DNA of 64,000 bases, from positions 36,652 through 100,651 of the IMG/VR virus record IMGVR_UViG_3300031371_000001; one strand, given 5' to 3'. The notes under the pieces were generated by a model. It searched no databases and had not been told where the DNA came from. It saw only the letters and a program-made list of their open reading frames with translations. This DNA is from a virus. Shown here one piece after another: positions 28,805 through 38,426 of this stretch; the first letter of the stretch is position 1; every line of letters starts with the position of its first letter. A program made the translations under genes and the position numbers.

Positions 28805-30106
28805 CTACCCTTGCGAAATCACCCTAACCTTACCTTTGATGGATAGCCCTGTCAACTTGCCAGTCTTCACGGCTTCCCAAACTTGATCGTCATTCACACG
28901 GATCGTCATAAGCCAAGTTCCGGCTTTGATGTTCTTTCCGTTTACGATCATGTCTGCAAGCGCAACGTAGCTTTCGACAAGTTCGAGGTCCCGCGAATAG
29001 TCCTTGTGTTGAACCCCAAGCTTGACGGTGCCTTCATAATATCCCTCCATGAAGGCGTGCGCGGCTTCCTCTATCGCTTCTTCCGAAATGATGTCGCCTT
29101 GTGAATCCGTCGTTTCAGGCTTCAGGACGATCCCCGTTATCAATCGCTTTTCAGCCTTTGCGATCGAAAGCGTCAAAGCCTTTTCGGTTTCTTCCGAACC
29201 CGATTCGGCCTCCCCCTTCATTTCTTGATCTTCCGGACGCGAGATAAGCCATTCACGGCGCCCGTCCGGGAGTTCGGCGTATTGGAAGATCCAACGACCT
29301 TTCAGAATCTTCCCGTCGAACATGAATTCCTTGAAGTGTTCGTCTTGCTTTCCAGCCGTCCAATCGAAAGCGTCAACGCGACTGATCCGCGTGTAAGCCT
29401 TCGAGGTGCCTCCCGGAGATCCGGGAGGGAATATCCTTGGACCGCTACTGCCGATCTCCATCCAAGGAAGCGCCCCTCGAATCACTCCGGGAGGCTTGCC
29501 TTCATTCTCGCCTGTTGCGACCTTGAAGTTTCCAAGGATCTTCGCGTCCGACTTCCCTTCCGCGATCTCGCGAAATGCGTTCGGCTGAAATTGGTTCCCC
29601 GGCGTGAAGCCCTCGCCGCCTTCCCAATACTTCGCGCCTTGCGGCTGAAGCCGAAAGTCCGTGTGGATCGAGATCGGATCATAGAAAGCGAGGAGGCGTC
29701 TGTCGCTTTCGTCCATTGTTTCGGGATCGATCTTCTCAATGGCACTTGCCAACGGAGCGGAATTCCCTGTTGCCGCCTTCTCAAACAGTCCCTTCCAATC
29801 CGCTTCGAGCAATTCGCCAAGCCGGGAAAGGTGGACTTCCGACACCTCGACAGGTTGCCAGCCGAAGAACCCCGACAGCTTCGTTTGTTCCTTCGACAAG
29901 CCGCGTTCGTGGACTTGAAGAACACCCTTCCCCTTGTCGCCTTCCTTGAAGTCGAGGATCCCTTCCATCGCTTTGACAACGTGCGATTCGTTCATTTCTG
30001 TTCCGCACGTCTCGCAATAGATCGCCTTGATACGTTCGTCGTGTGGCGTGCATGAAGCGCACTTCGGACAAGTGAAGAACTTTTCGACTGTCGCTTCTTC
30101 GTTCAT
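28805..30106 (-). CDS. XkdF-like prohead protease with N-terminal Zn ribbon and LigD phosphoesterase-like domain
   Basis: C-terminal GIVLKPETTDSQGD, GVQH, LVESY, GTWL, GKLTGLSIKG; N-terminal CPKC/CETC, VLQVH...HTDFRL...FDGKILKGRWIF. Confidence 0.8.
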   Translation of the reverse strand: MNEEATVEKFFTCPKCASCTPHDERIKAIYCETCGTEMNESHVVKAMEGILDFKEGDKGKGVLQVHERGLSKEQTKLSGFFGWQPVEVSEVHLSRLGELLEADWKGLFEKAATGNSAPLASAIEKIDPETMDESDRRLLAFYDPISIHTDFRLQPQGAKYWEGGEGFTPGNQFQPNAFREIAEGKSDAKILGNFKVATGENEGKPPGVIRGALPWMEIGSSGPRIFPPGSPGGTSKAYTRISRVDAFDWTAGKQDEHFKEFMFDGKILKGRWIFQYAELPDGRREWLISRPEDQEMKGEAESGSEETEKALTLSIAKAEKRLITGIVLKPETTDSQGDIISEEAIEEAAHAFMEGYYEGTVKLGVQHKDYSRDLELVESYVALADMIVNGKNIKAGTWLMTIRVNDDQVWEAVKTGKLTGLSIKGKVRVISQG

Positions 30107-30110
30107 CGCC

Positions 30111-30431
30111 TTACCTCGCCGCAAATTCGTCACTTTCGAGAACAGCACGCCCGATCGCTTCTTCGTTAGGTCCGCTTCGACTTTCGGGTTTGCTCCAAGC
30201 CGACACATAACCCATATCACGATCCGTTTGCGCGTTGAAGATTTCCTCCAGAGTCCACCCCGTTTCGTCCGTCTTCGCCGCCGCTTCTTCGATGATCTTC
30301 CCGTAGCGTTGCCAATTCAGATCATCGATCGCGACGAACACAAGCCGACGTTTGCTGAGGACGAGAACCCCGACAGTCTGAAAGACGTTATCGCTTACAC
30401 GCCGCGCGAAGCGGCTAACCCTAGCTTCCAT
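30111..30431 (-). CDS. Hypothetical protein (candidate immunity/partner of the MuF effector)
   Basis: Coupled small ORF between MuF and the protease. Confidence 0.6.
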   Translation of the reverse strand: MEARVSRFARRVSDNVFQTVGVLVLSKRRLVFVAIDDLNWQRYGKIIEEAAAKTDETGWTLEEIFNAQTDRDMGYVSAWSKPESRSGPNEEAIGRAVLESDEFAAR

Positions 30432-30804
30432 TTGCGAGTTCCCCCAAATCGATCATGAGACTTGCAATGGCGTTCGGATGCTTCTTCTTCCAAGCCTCAA
30501 CGAACGACACGAGTTCTTCCAATCGAAGCGGCTGGATTTCTAGCGTGAAGGCGTCAGAAACAATCATCATGGATTCCCAAAAGCTATCGAACCCGATCTT
30601 TTCAATCTTCGCAACGTGCGGGTTGTTCGCTTCCGGTTGATACCATGCAAACCCTTTCTTCCCCATTCCGAAGGCAACAACCGGGAAACGAACGGGGTTC
30701 CCCGTTCTTCCGGTTTCTGGTTCCTTCGAGGTGAATGTCACCTCCAACCCTCCCGTCGTCCCGAACCAATTTCCAAGAACCTTCTTCGCTTCGTCTTGCG
30801 TCAT
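30421..30804 (-). CDS. Hypothetical protein (candidate immunity/partner of the MuF effector)
   Basis: ATGA overlap with the MuF stop. Confidence 0.65.
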   Translation of the reverse strand: MTQDEAKKVLGNWFGTTGGLEVTFTSKEPETGRTGNPVRFPVVAFGMGKKGFAWYQPEANNPHVAKIEKIGFDSFWESMMIVSDAFTLEIQPLRLEELVSFVEAWKKKHPNAIASLMIDLGELANGS

Positions 30805-33800
30805 TCCGAAGAACCTATCCCCGATCCGATCTTGACTATGGATTCCGGTTTGTTCTTGAACTTGAAGAGGCTTTCGTCTTCTAGTTGCTTCAGAATCTTG
30901 ATAGCTTCTTCCTTCTCGTATTCATCGGACACATAGACACGGGACAGCTTGCCAAGATCGATCCCGTTCTCAAAGATCGTTTCGTCGCCGCCCTTAGATT
31001 CAGAAAGAGCCTTCCAAACGTTTTCAAGATCATCGGGCAACGTCTGGTTCCTCCTGATTCCTCCGTATCCTTCCGTCCAATGCTGAGTTCCGTATTTGTC
31101 GCCTTTATAGGTGTATACGTTCGAGTTGAAGGCGTCGTCAGGCTCAAACCAAATATTCCTGAAATTCTGATTCGAGTTTTGATAAGCCGGGGTCCGAACG
31201 CGACTAAAACCCATCCTTGCGCCGCCATATTGCATATCGGTTCCGGGACTCCAACCCCGTGGGATGATCCCGACGCGGAACTTTTCTTCAGTCGATAAGA
31301 ATCCTGATTTGTTCGACGCAACGTTTCGAAGGAATTCGATCCCGGTATCCCCACTATAGAAATGGTGCAAAAGCTTATGATTCTTCTTCAGCTTCTTCAC
31401 TACTGCCGGATCGATGTCGAACCGTGCCCAAACCGTTTTTCCATAACCGCCGTACCATTGCGCGATCGGCTTCGCCTTGATCGGACCCTTCGCGATCGTT
31501 TCCGCCCAATCGCGAAGCTTCTTCAACTTCGCGTTGTAATTTTCAGTAGCCCAATCGATCGAATCATAGATCGTGTCGCGATAGTATCGCTCCGCGATCG
31601 TCTTCAGCATGATATATTCAAGCTCTTTCTTTGATGCCAACGGGATCGACAAGCCGCGCTTGTCGAGTTCGGCCAAAGCGCCGGCCATGTCTTCCGGCGT
31701 GAATTGCTTAATCGATTTCGAGAACTCGATTTGAAAAAGCCTTTCGGCTGAAAAATGTTCGGCGTTCTCGCCGCCGGCGACGTATCGAATTTTAACGCCG
31801 CCCTTCAATTCGATTTCGTACCCGTTCATTACACGAGCAAGATCGCCAGTGTCTTCAATCTCCCCAAGCGGGTTCAAGTTGTATCGCTTCCAGCCGACAG
31901 GTTTAAAGGCGTTGCTTCCTTGCTGTTCGAACTTCGACAAGCCGAACTTCTTTTTCATGTTCTTGATATTGAATCGGTTCGCCCCCGTATCATACCAAGC
32001 TTTGACTTGGATCTTGTAATCCTGAAGCGCGCCATATCCCCATTTCGATTCGATCTGACGAATAAGATTCAAAGCTTGTTGAACCTGATCATATGAAAAG
32101 TTCCGACTTGCTTCCGGCACAACGGCGTCACCGAAACGATTCCGGATCTTCTTCGAGATTTCTTCGAGTTGCGACCGGAGGGAAGTAAGCTCCGGGAGTT
32201 CCGATATCGGTTGCGCGCCGGCAGTCTCGAAAAGTTTTCTTGCGATTGCGTCACCTTCAGCGGTCAAACGCATTTCAACCATGACGCCGCCTTGCTTCGG
32301 ATAAACAAGCACGGTTCCATCCCGAACGTTATCGCCGCCGACAAGCAAGCTTTTTCCCCTCCACTTCGATTCTTCGACTTGGCTTATAAATTTACTGTCG
32401 CAAGGTGTCGCAAGCCCTTTCTTCTTCAAGGCGTTCGTTTGACCCTTGATCCCCTTCGGCTTTTTGCCGATCACCTTGTCGCGTTCCTTTTGTGCCTTCT
32501 TCCAGATCCCGGACATATCGTCTCGAAGCGAGTTCTTCCGCTTCAACGCTTCCTTCAAGAACGCGGCTTCGTCAAAGTCCGGGAAGGCTTGTGCGCGTTT
32601 GGAGGAATAGGTCTTCAGAATGCTTGTAAAAGTCGCGTCGTCAAGATCGTCAACAGCCTTGAAGAATGAACGGAGTTCCTTGTTGCGAAGGTCAAGCAAC
32701 TTCAGATCACCGAATGCGCCCTTCGCGTATCCTTCAAGAACTTCATTGTATATCGGAGGGGGGAATCCGCCTCCCGCGTTCGGGCTGTAAGTCCAAGACA
32801 ATTTGTCCCGTGGAAAGAACTTGTAGAGTTGCCCTTTGTCGATCCCAAGGATCGAATCGTCCGCGAGAGTGATCAGGTTTTGCGAATGCCCGTCATGGTT
32901 CGAGATCAGCCAGTCGAAGGCGTGTTCTTTCTGGATCCCGATCATTTGATTCTTCGTCAGGTCCGCATAGTTCACGCCCTTGAAATCGCCCTTTACTCCG
33001 TTGATCCACTTGTGGACGGATCCAACCCGTCCATTGTATTCGGTAACGTAGACTTCGGCTGTCGGATGTCCCAAAGCTTCCGCCATTCGAGCGGCGGCGA
33101 CGTCACCATAAGCGCGGAATTCCTCCCCCGCATGGTATGGCTTGAACATCCATTCCGTTCCGTCATTTTCCCTGAAGAACAACTTTTGATGAACGCCGCC
33201 GGCTTCCTTGTGGAAGCTTTGCATTTTCGCAAGATCCTTGTCGAAATGGATCGGCGTCAGCTTGCCTCCCTGCGGCAATTCAAATTCCGGAGTCGGCAAC
33301 GGGACTCCGAACTCCGTTTCGGAATTGATATCGAGAGTGCAACGACAACGAAAATGAAACGGGGGAATCCCATATCCGTTTTTTGCAAGCGCCGAAGCCT
33401 CCGTCTTTGACGTCGAGGAACCGGAAGGGGTGACGCCCGTTCGTTTCTCGATCCCCTTCAAAGAATCCCAACGAATGATCCGCTTGACTTCCTCCGGGTT
33501 CTTCGTCGCAAGCGCACGATTCATGAGATCGGCGCCTTCACTTACTTGAAAGACCGTCCCCTCCAGGTTCGAGCAAACCGGGCAAGTCCGTTCGTCCATT
33601 GGGTTCGATATCGTGTAGCTTTGCGCCCCGACACGTTGAAGTCCGTTCAATGTGCCGAACGTTCTTGCAACAGTCATCGTGTTCGCCGCCAGCCCTTCGT
33701 AATATTGGGCGATCGATCCGCTCCAACCGTGCGGCACTATCGACGCCGCCGTGAAAGCGCCGGGAGCTTTGCTAAACAGGTTTTCGAGTTCGGATTGAAC

Positions 33801-34427
33801 TTTCTTCGCGCCTTCTGCCCTATCGAACCCCTCCTTGATCATTGCATCCGTCGCCGTGTTCGCGATCGTATCAGAAAGCGCCTTGTCGTAATGAACACCG
33901 ATCCAAAAGACTTGATGATCTGACAAGGTTGCAATCGCGTCTTCGTCAATGACAGAAAACGTCGGGGTTAGTGTCGCGATAGGATCCGACGCCTTTTCAC
34001 GTTCAGTCCATTCATCGGAAACCGATTCGAACTTGTGCGGCGATGGATAGGTGATATCGCGATTCCTTGGATACGTTCCAACCGCCTTCTTCAATATCGC
34101 CTCGAATCCGGCTTTGTAGGCTTCCTCCGTCGCCTTTGTATAGAAAGGTCCAAGAGTCTTCGGGAGCGTCTTGAAATGCGAATCGAAGCGATCTAGAAGC
34201 CTTGAAAGCGAAGCTTCGTCCTTCGCTTTCCCGGACGCGATCGATTTCGTCAGTTCGGAAAGCGCAACCTTCGCACGCTTGCGGAATTCACCGATCGACA
34301 CTTCGTAAAGGCGGCGCTCAATCTCGGAAAGCCGCTTCGCTTCTTCAATGACGGCCGCCTTTTGAACGATCGCGTCAAGATGGATCAGCGCCTCGAAGGT
34401 CGAAAGCGCGTGTCCGTCGCAACACAA
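30801..34427 (-). CDS. Long MuF (SPP1 gp7-like) head protein with HipA/PI3K-like kinase and putative ART-like C-terminal domain
   Basis: DERTCPVC...PPFHFRCRC MuF motif; GGVHQK, WMFKP, FDWLISNHDGHSQN, GIDKG kinase motifs; C-terminal LLHH...GFLS...FSRV...ETIF. Confidence 0.85.
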   Translation of the reverse strand: MCCDGHALSTFEALIHLDAIVQKAAVIEEAKRLSEIERRLYEVSIGEFRKRAKVALSELTKSIASGKAKDEASLSRLLDRFDSHFKTLPKTLGPFYTKATEEAYKAGFEAILKKAVGTYPRNRDITYPSPHKFESVSDEWTEREKASDPIATLTPTFSVIDEDAIATLSDHQVFWIGVHYDKALSDTIANTATDAMIKEGFDRAEGAKKVQSELENLFSKAPGAFTAASIVPHGWSGSIAQYYEGLAANTMTVARTFGTLNGLQRVGAQSYTISNPMDERTCPVCSNLEGTVFQVSEGADLMNRALATKNPEEVKRIIRWDSLKGIEKRTGVTPSGSSTSKTEASALAKNGYGIPPFHFRCRCTLDINSETEFGVPLPTPEFELPQGGKLTPIHFDKDLAKMQSFHKEAGGVHQKLFFRENDGTEWMFKPYHAGEEFRAYGDVAAARMAEALGHPTAEVYVTEYNGRVGSVHKWINGVKGDFKGVNYADLTKNQMIGIQKEHAFDWLISNHDGHSQNLITLADDSILGIDKGQLYKFFPRDKLSWTYSPNAGGGFPPPIYNEVLEGYAKGAFGDLKLLDLRNKELRSFFKAVDDLDDATFTSILKTYSSKRAQAFPDFDEAAFLKEALKRKNSLRDDMSGIWKKAQKERDKVIGKKPKGIKGQTNALKKKGLATPCDSKFISQVEESKWRGKSLLVGGDNVRDGTVLVYPKQGGVMVEMRLTAEGDAIARKLFETAGAQPISELPELTSLRSQLEEISKKIRNRFGDAVVPEASRNFSYDQVQQALNLIRQIESKWGYGALQDYKIQVKAWYDTGANRFNIKNMKKKFGLSKFEQQGSNAFKPVGWKRYNLNPLGEIEDTGDLARVMNGYEIELKGGVKIRYVAGGENAEHFSAERLFQIEFSKSIKQFTPEDMAGALAELDKRGLSIPLASKKELEYIMLKTIAERYYRDTIYDSIDWATENYNAKLKKLRDWAETIAKGPIKAKPIAQWYGGYGKTVWARFDIDPAVVKKLKKNHKLLHHFYSGDTGIEFLRNVASNKSGFLSTEEKFRVGIIPRGWSPGTDMQYGGARMGFSRVRTPAYQNSNQNFRNIWFEPDDAFNSNVYTYKGDKYGTQHWTEGYGGIRRNQTLPDDLENVWKALSESKGGDETIFENGIDLGKLSRVYVSDEYEKEEAIKILKQLEDESLFKFKNKPESIVKIGSGIGSSE

Positions 34428-34439
34428 CGGCGCCCCCTA

Positions 34440-36152
34440 TCAAGACACGTCTGAAGGATACCCGCTCGAAAGCTCCGTTTCGAGTTTCCGACGTATCCCA
34501 AGGAGGGTTTCGACCGTCGTTTGAACAACGCCGCCCTTCGATTTGACGGCTTCAACGGACTCCGGGGCAACTTGTGTCGGAACAGACATCGCCGCCTTGT
34601 TCTTGACCTTTTCGGCCATCGTGAGAGTGAAGGGGATGTCCAGAGGGAAACCCGGTTCCGGCGGCAGATCGCCAAGCGATTGATTCATAATATCTTCGAT
34701 GATCCTTCGCGCGATCCGCGGCGTCATGGCGCCGGTTTTTTCAGCCATTTGCATAACCCGGATCAAGTCTTCGTCGTTCGTGACGTTCGGACTATTCGAC
34801 TTGAAGACGTGATAAACAACTTCGAGTTGAGGCATGATCACCCGATTGATGAAACGATCGAATTCCTCCCGTTCGGGTCCGAAGACTTGTTCCTCCGCAA
34901 GCTTCCTCGAAACGTGCGCCGTCGCGCGGTTGTACTGTTCCCCTGATCCGATGAACAGCGGCGGAAGCCTCCAAGCCTGTCGGATCTTCCTTTCGTTGTT
35001 CTTCGAATAGTCTTGGAAAAGTTCATCGCTCGTTTGAACATCTTTCAACGGAACGGCGTTGATCTTTACGTTCGTGTTCTCACCTTCGATATCGCCTTCC
35101 GCTTCGACAACGACGAACCGGGAAAAGTCCTTCTTCCCTGAACGCGCCTCCGTCGTGAACTGGTTGAGACGATCGATAGTGCCTTCCGTCAGCATTCCGT
35201 TTGCGACAAGCAACAGCATTGAAGGGATATTGTTCCCCTTCAATGTCGTGTAGTTGACCTCCTCCGCGGCCCGTTCACCGAACACCGTTAGAAGTTGCGA
35301 GACGTAACGGGGCATTCCATAGGGCGATCGCGGCGAGTACAGGCGAAGGTGGATGATCTCGTTTGCGCGCTTGCTTTCGGGGAGTTCTTCCGCCGCCCTT
35401 CCGAACACGGGTTCTCCGCTGTCAAGATCGAAGACGCGCGGATCTCCGAATTCCTTGAACCAAACGCCAGTAACGCCGCCGTCCTTGCTTTGGAACTTCG
35501 GGCGAAAGCGCCTCGTGATCTTTGCCGTTCTCAATTCGTGTGAACCGTCAGGCTTCAACACGAGTCGCTTTTCCTCGACTCGAATCCGTGCCTTCGAGAG
35601 AATCCCAAGCCAAACGTCACGGGAAGCGATATGTTCGAACCCGACGATTTCCCCGCTTTCAGGATCGCGGATCACTTCAATGTAAGCGTTGCCGGTGAAT
35701 TCGAGATCACGACGAAGGCGCCGCCTGAAATCAACGAAGCTTCCTTCAAGATAAGCGTATCTATAGAAATTCACGAGACGCGCGTATTCGTCTTTTACAG
35801 GTTGCGCTTCGTCCTTCGGATTGATGGGGATGATTTGATGCCCGAACCCGTCGATATTCACTTCCATTGCTTGCACGCATTCGGAAAGCGTTCCGGAGTA
35901 TTCGCCAAGCTCCGACAAGAATTCGAAATCGAGCGGACGACGAATCAACCTCCCGTCTCGAAGGTACGTTTCAAGCGCCGAATCTTCGTCTGCGATCTTT
36001 TTACTCGAAGCGCCGCCTTCGCCCGTCACGTCTTCACCTTCAATCGTGAAAACCTTTAGCCGGGGAACTACCTTCGCAAGCTTCGCGCGCCGTTCTTCTT
36101 CGAGACGATCCGCGCGCCCGCTATCGACAACGCCTTTTTCCGTGTCCGTCAT
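34440..36152 (-). CDS. Portal protein (PBSX family)
   Basis: DLEFTGNAYIEVIRD, ANEIIH, YGMPRY, RLPPLFIG...YNRATA motifs. Confidence 0.93.
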   Translation of the reverse strand: MTDTEKGVVDSGRADRLEEERRAKLAKVVPRLKVFTIEGEDVTGEGGASSKKIADEDSALETYLRDGRLIRRPLDFEFLSELGEYSGTLSECVQAMEVNIDGFGHQIIPINPKDEAQPVKDEYARLVNFYRYAYLEGSFVDFRRRLRRDLEFTGNAYIEVIRDPESGEIVGFEHIASRDVWLGILSKARIRVEEKRLVLKPDGSHELRTAKITRRFRPKFQSKDGGVTGVWFKEFGDPRVFDLDSGEPVFGRAAEELPESKRANEIIHLRLYSPRSPYGMPRYVSQLLTVFGERAAEEVNYTTLKGNNIPSMLLLVANGMLTEGTIDRLNQFTTEARSGKKDFSRFVVVEAEGDIEGENTNVKINAVPLKDVQTSDELFQDYSKNNERKIRQAWRLPPLFIGSGEQYNRATAHVSRKLAEEQVFGPEREEFDRFINRVIMPQLEVVYHVFKSNSPNVTNDEDLIRVMQMAEKTGAMTPRIARRIIEDIMNQSLGDLPPEPGFPLDIPFTLTMAEKVKNKAAMSVPTQVAPESVEAVKSKGGVVQTTVETLLGIRRKLETELSSGYPSDVS

Positions 36153-37636
36153 ATCAACCCGATCTCCCGACGCTTCTTCCTCTTGCGAACTGTCGAGGCA
36201 CGATAAGCAAGATCGAAGGCGTCAAACCAATCCTTCGTTGAAGTATTGGGGAACTTGACGAATTTTTCAATCAGGTCTTGAAAGTGATCGAGGAACACGA
36301 CACGCCCCGACTCGAAAAGTGGGGTCAACCTCCAAGCACGCGACACCTTGTCCGTTCCGGTGTGCAAGCCAAAGACGGGGACTGAACGATCGGCATCTTG
36401 GAGGTTTTGCAGTTGCGCCTCCTGATAACTGTTCGTCTCGATCCCGATCCGGCTTGCGTCCCATTCCTTCCAAGCATCTATGATTCGCTTCGTTTGAGCG
36501 GAGAAACGAAGCTTCCCTTCAAAGTAATCGACAACGTAATAAGTCGAGGCTTTCCTATCAAACCCTAGAACGATGATCGAGAAGTTGTCCGATTCTTCCT
36601 TTTGCTTGATCGCGAGATCGACCCCAACGAAGTATTCGAGGTCCCGGGGCAGTTCGTCCCGTCGACAGGTTCGGCAATCGTCATAACTGAAGATTTCGCC
36701 CTTCATCGCTTCAACGTCATTCAACATTTGGGCGGCAAAGATAATGTTTCCCATCTTTGCGCGGCGCTTCAATAGTTCTTCAGTCGAGAACTTTTCCTCC
36801 CAAGCCGAGCGGCCCTTCACGTCCGCCTTCCCTTCTTCATTTATCAACGCCGGCAAGTGATAGACGGCGCCCTTCATTTCGCCGTCGATCAAGTGACCAT
36901 ATAGATCCGCGAAGTGGTATCGAGTCCCGATAACGGCCATTTCTCCCCTATGTTCGAAATCACCGGACGGGGGTTCGAGGCAAGGAAGAAGGACTTTGTA
37001 ATACCAAGTCTCGACGTTCTTTCGCTGTCGCTCCGTCTTGGCGTTCTTTTCGTCAACCAAGTCGTCCCCGATTATCAAATCAAAGTGTCGTGAAACGATC
37101 GTTCCTTCGACTCCAACGGTTTCGATCGTGGATTCCTTCAACGCCTTCGTCCGCTGTCGAACAGTGATCGAAGCCGAACCCCATTCGTCATTTCCAACGA
37201 AGTTCCCGAAGAAGTATCGGAACCGCTCGTTTTGTTCAAGGTGCATCTTGATAGCGTTTAACATCCCCTTTGCGTTTTCTGCCGTCTTGCTCGAAAGGAG
37301 GATCCGGATGTCTTCCGGCCGCTTGATCAAAAGGTGAATCGTCTTGACGATCGTTGCAATGATCGTCTTGCCGAATCCGCGCGGCGCAAGGATCAGGTAT
37401 TCGCCTCCAACGTGCTTGAATTGAAATTGCGCGATCTGCAAATGATGCGGCGCAACGTCGTATCCAAGAATCCGCGCCAAGATGTCAACACGGTTCTTCT
37501 CAATCACGAGCTTTCGGATCCACGCGCGGCGCATCCCACGCGCGACGTCGAGACGTTCGACAAGTTCATCCCTGTTCAACTTGTCGAAGTTGCGCGGTAT
37601 CAGTTCAGGAAGGACTAGTTCCGGCGCCGAAGACAC
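36149..37636 (-). CDS. terL: Terminase large subunit
   Basis: APRGFGKT Walker A, LIIGDDL Walker B, GTRYH, GVDLA and DWFDA nuclease motifs. Confidence 0.95.
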   Translation of the reverse strand: MSSAPELVLPELIPRNFDKLNRDELVERLDVARGMRRAWIRKLVIEKNRVDILARILGYDVAPHHLQIAQFQFKHVGGEYLILAPRGFGKTIIATIVKTIHLLIKRPEDIRILLSSKTAENAKGMLNAIKMHLEQNERFRYFFGNFVGNDEWGSASITVRQRTKALKESTIETVGVEGTIVSRHFDLIIGDDLVDEKNAKTERQRKNVETWYYKVLLPCLEPPSGDFEHRGEMAVIGTRYHFADLYGHLIDGEMKGAVYHLPALINEEGKADVKGRSAWEEKFSTEELLKRRAKMGNIIFAAQMLNDVEAMKGEIFSYDDCRTCRRDELPRDLEYFVGVDLAIKQKEESDNFSIIVLGFDRKASTYYVVDYFEGKLRFSAQTKRIIDAWKEWDASRIGIETNSYQEAQLQNLQDADRSVPVFGLHTGTDKVSRAWRLTPLFESGRVVFLDHFQDLIEKFVKFPNTSTKDWFDAFDLAYRASTVRKRKKRREIGLI

Positions 37637-37650
37637 GGCGACCTCCGGTC

Positions 37651-38013
37651 CTAGTTACCGAAGGCCCGTTCCGGAACGGCTCCCGCGGCGAAGACGGAAA
37701 CCTTCGTCACTCCACCGGAGAAGTTGCGGACGGCAACCACGACATCGCCGCCGTAAACGTTCACTTCGTAAAGCGTCGTTTCGGTAGCCCCCGCTTGTGT
37801 CCAAACGGAATAGCTGTTCCCGTCAGCGTCAACTTGATACAGTTCGAGGTCCGCAGTTCCAGCCCCCGGCGTTGCATGATCCGTGTCGATCTTCAGGAGG
37901 ATCTTCTCGTAACCGCGGCAACGGAGCTTGTTGACGGTAGCAGGGAAACCGGCGGGGTCCGCCGCTACTTCGTTCCGGTGATTGACGAATCCCGGAAGGT
38001 GTCCAAGGGACAT
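37651..38013 (-). CDS. Small beta-rich protein, probably virion-associated
   Basis: 120 aa, Gly/Ala/Thr/Val-rich. Confidence 0.55.
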   Translation of the reverse strand: MSLGHLPGFVNHRNEVAADPAGFPATVNKLRCRGYEKILLKIDTDHATPGAGTADLELYQVDADGNSYSVWTQAGATETTLYEVNVYGGDVVVAVRNFSGGVTKVSVFAAGAVPERAFGN

Positions 38014-38025
38014 CGAACGCGCCCC

Positions 38026-38349
38026 TTATTCAGTCGCGATCCAGCGAATCTGAACACCCGAAATGTTCATGTCGGTATCCGCGCCGATCGTGAACTTGCC
38101 GGCGGGGTCTGTTCCGAAGGTGATCCCGTTCGACGTGACCATTCTGGCAGTCACGACGCCGGCGCCGTCGTCCGTGATCTTGTAGCCCGAAGCGGCCAGC
38201 ATGGAAGCGAAGGCTTCCATTGAACAATGCGAGGTCCCGGAAACGTCCCGGACAAGCTTGACGTGCTTGGGGGTGAACCCAACTTCCACTTCGATCGCGG
38301 CCCCGGTTCCTGCAACGGCTCCCGCCTTGGTTCTTGCGGCTCCCGACAT
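38026..38349 (-). CDS. Small beta-rich protein, probably virion-associated
   Basis: GTGAAIEVEVGFTPKHVKL pattern; GGAGG SD. Confidence 0.55.
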   Translation of the reverse strand: MSGAARTKAGAVAGTGAAIEVEVGFTPKHVKLVRDVSGTSHCSMEAFASMLAASGYKITDDGAGVVTARMVTSNGITFGTDPAGKFTIGADTDMNISGVQIRWIATE

Positions 38350-38426
38350 GGTTTACCTCCGTGAAAGGACTTTCGTTCAATAAGCTAATAGGTAGCAGAT
38401 AAGGTCCGCCCTGTCCAGCCCCGCGG

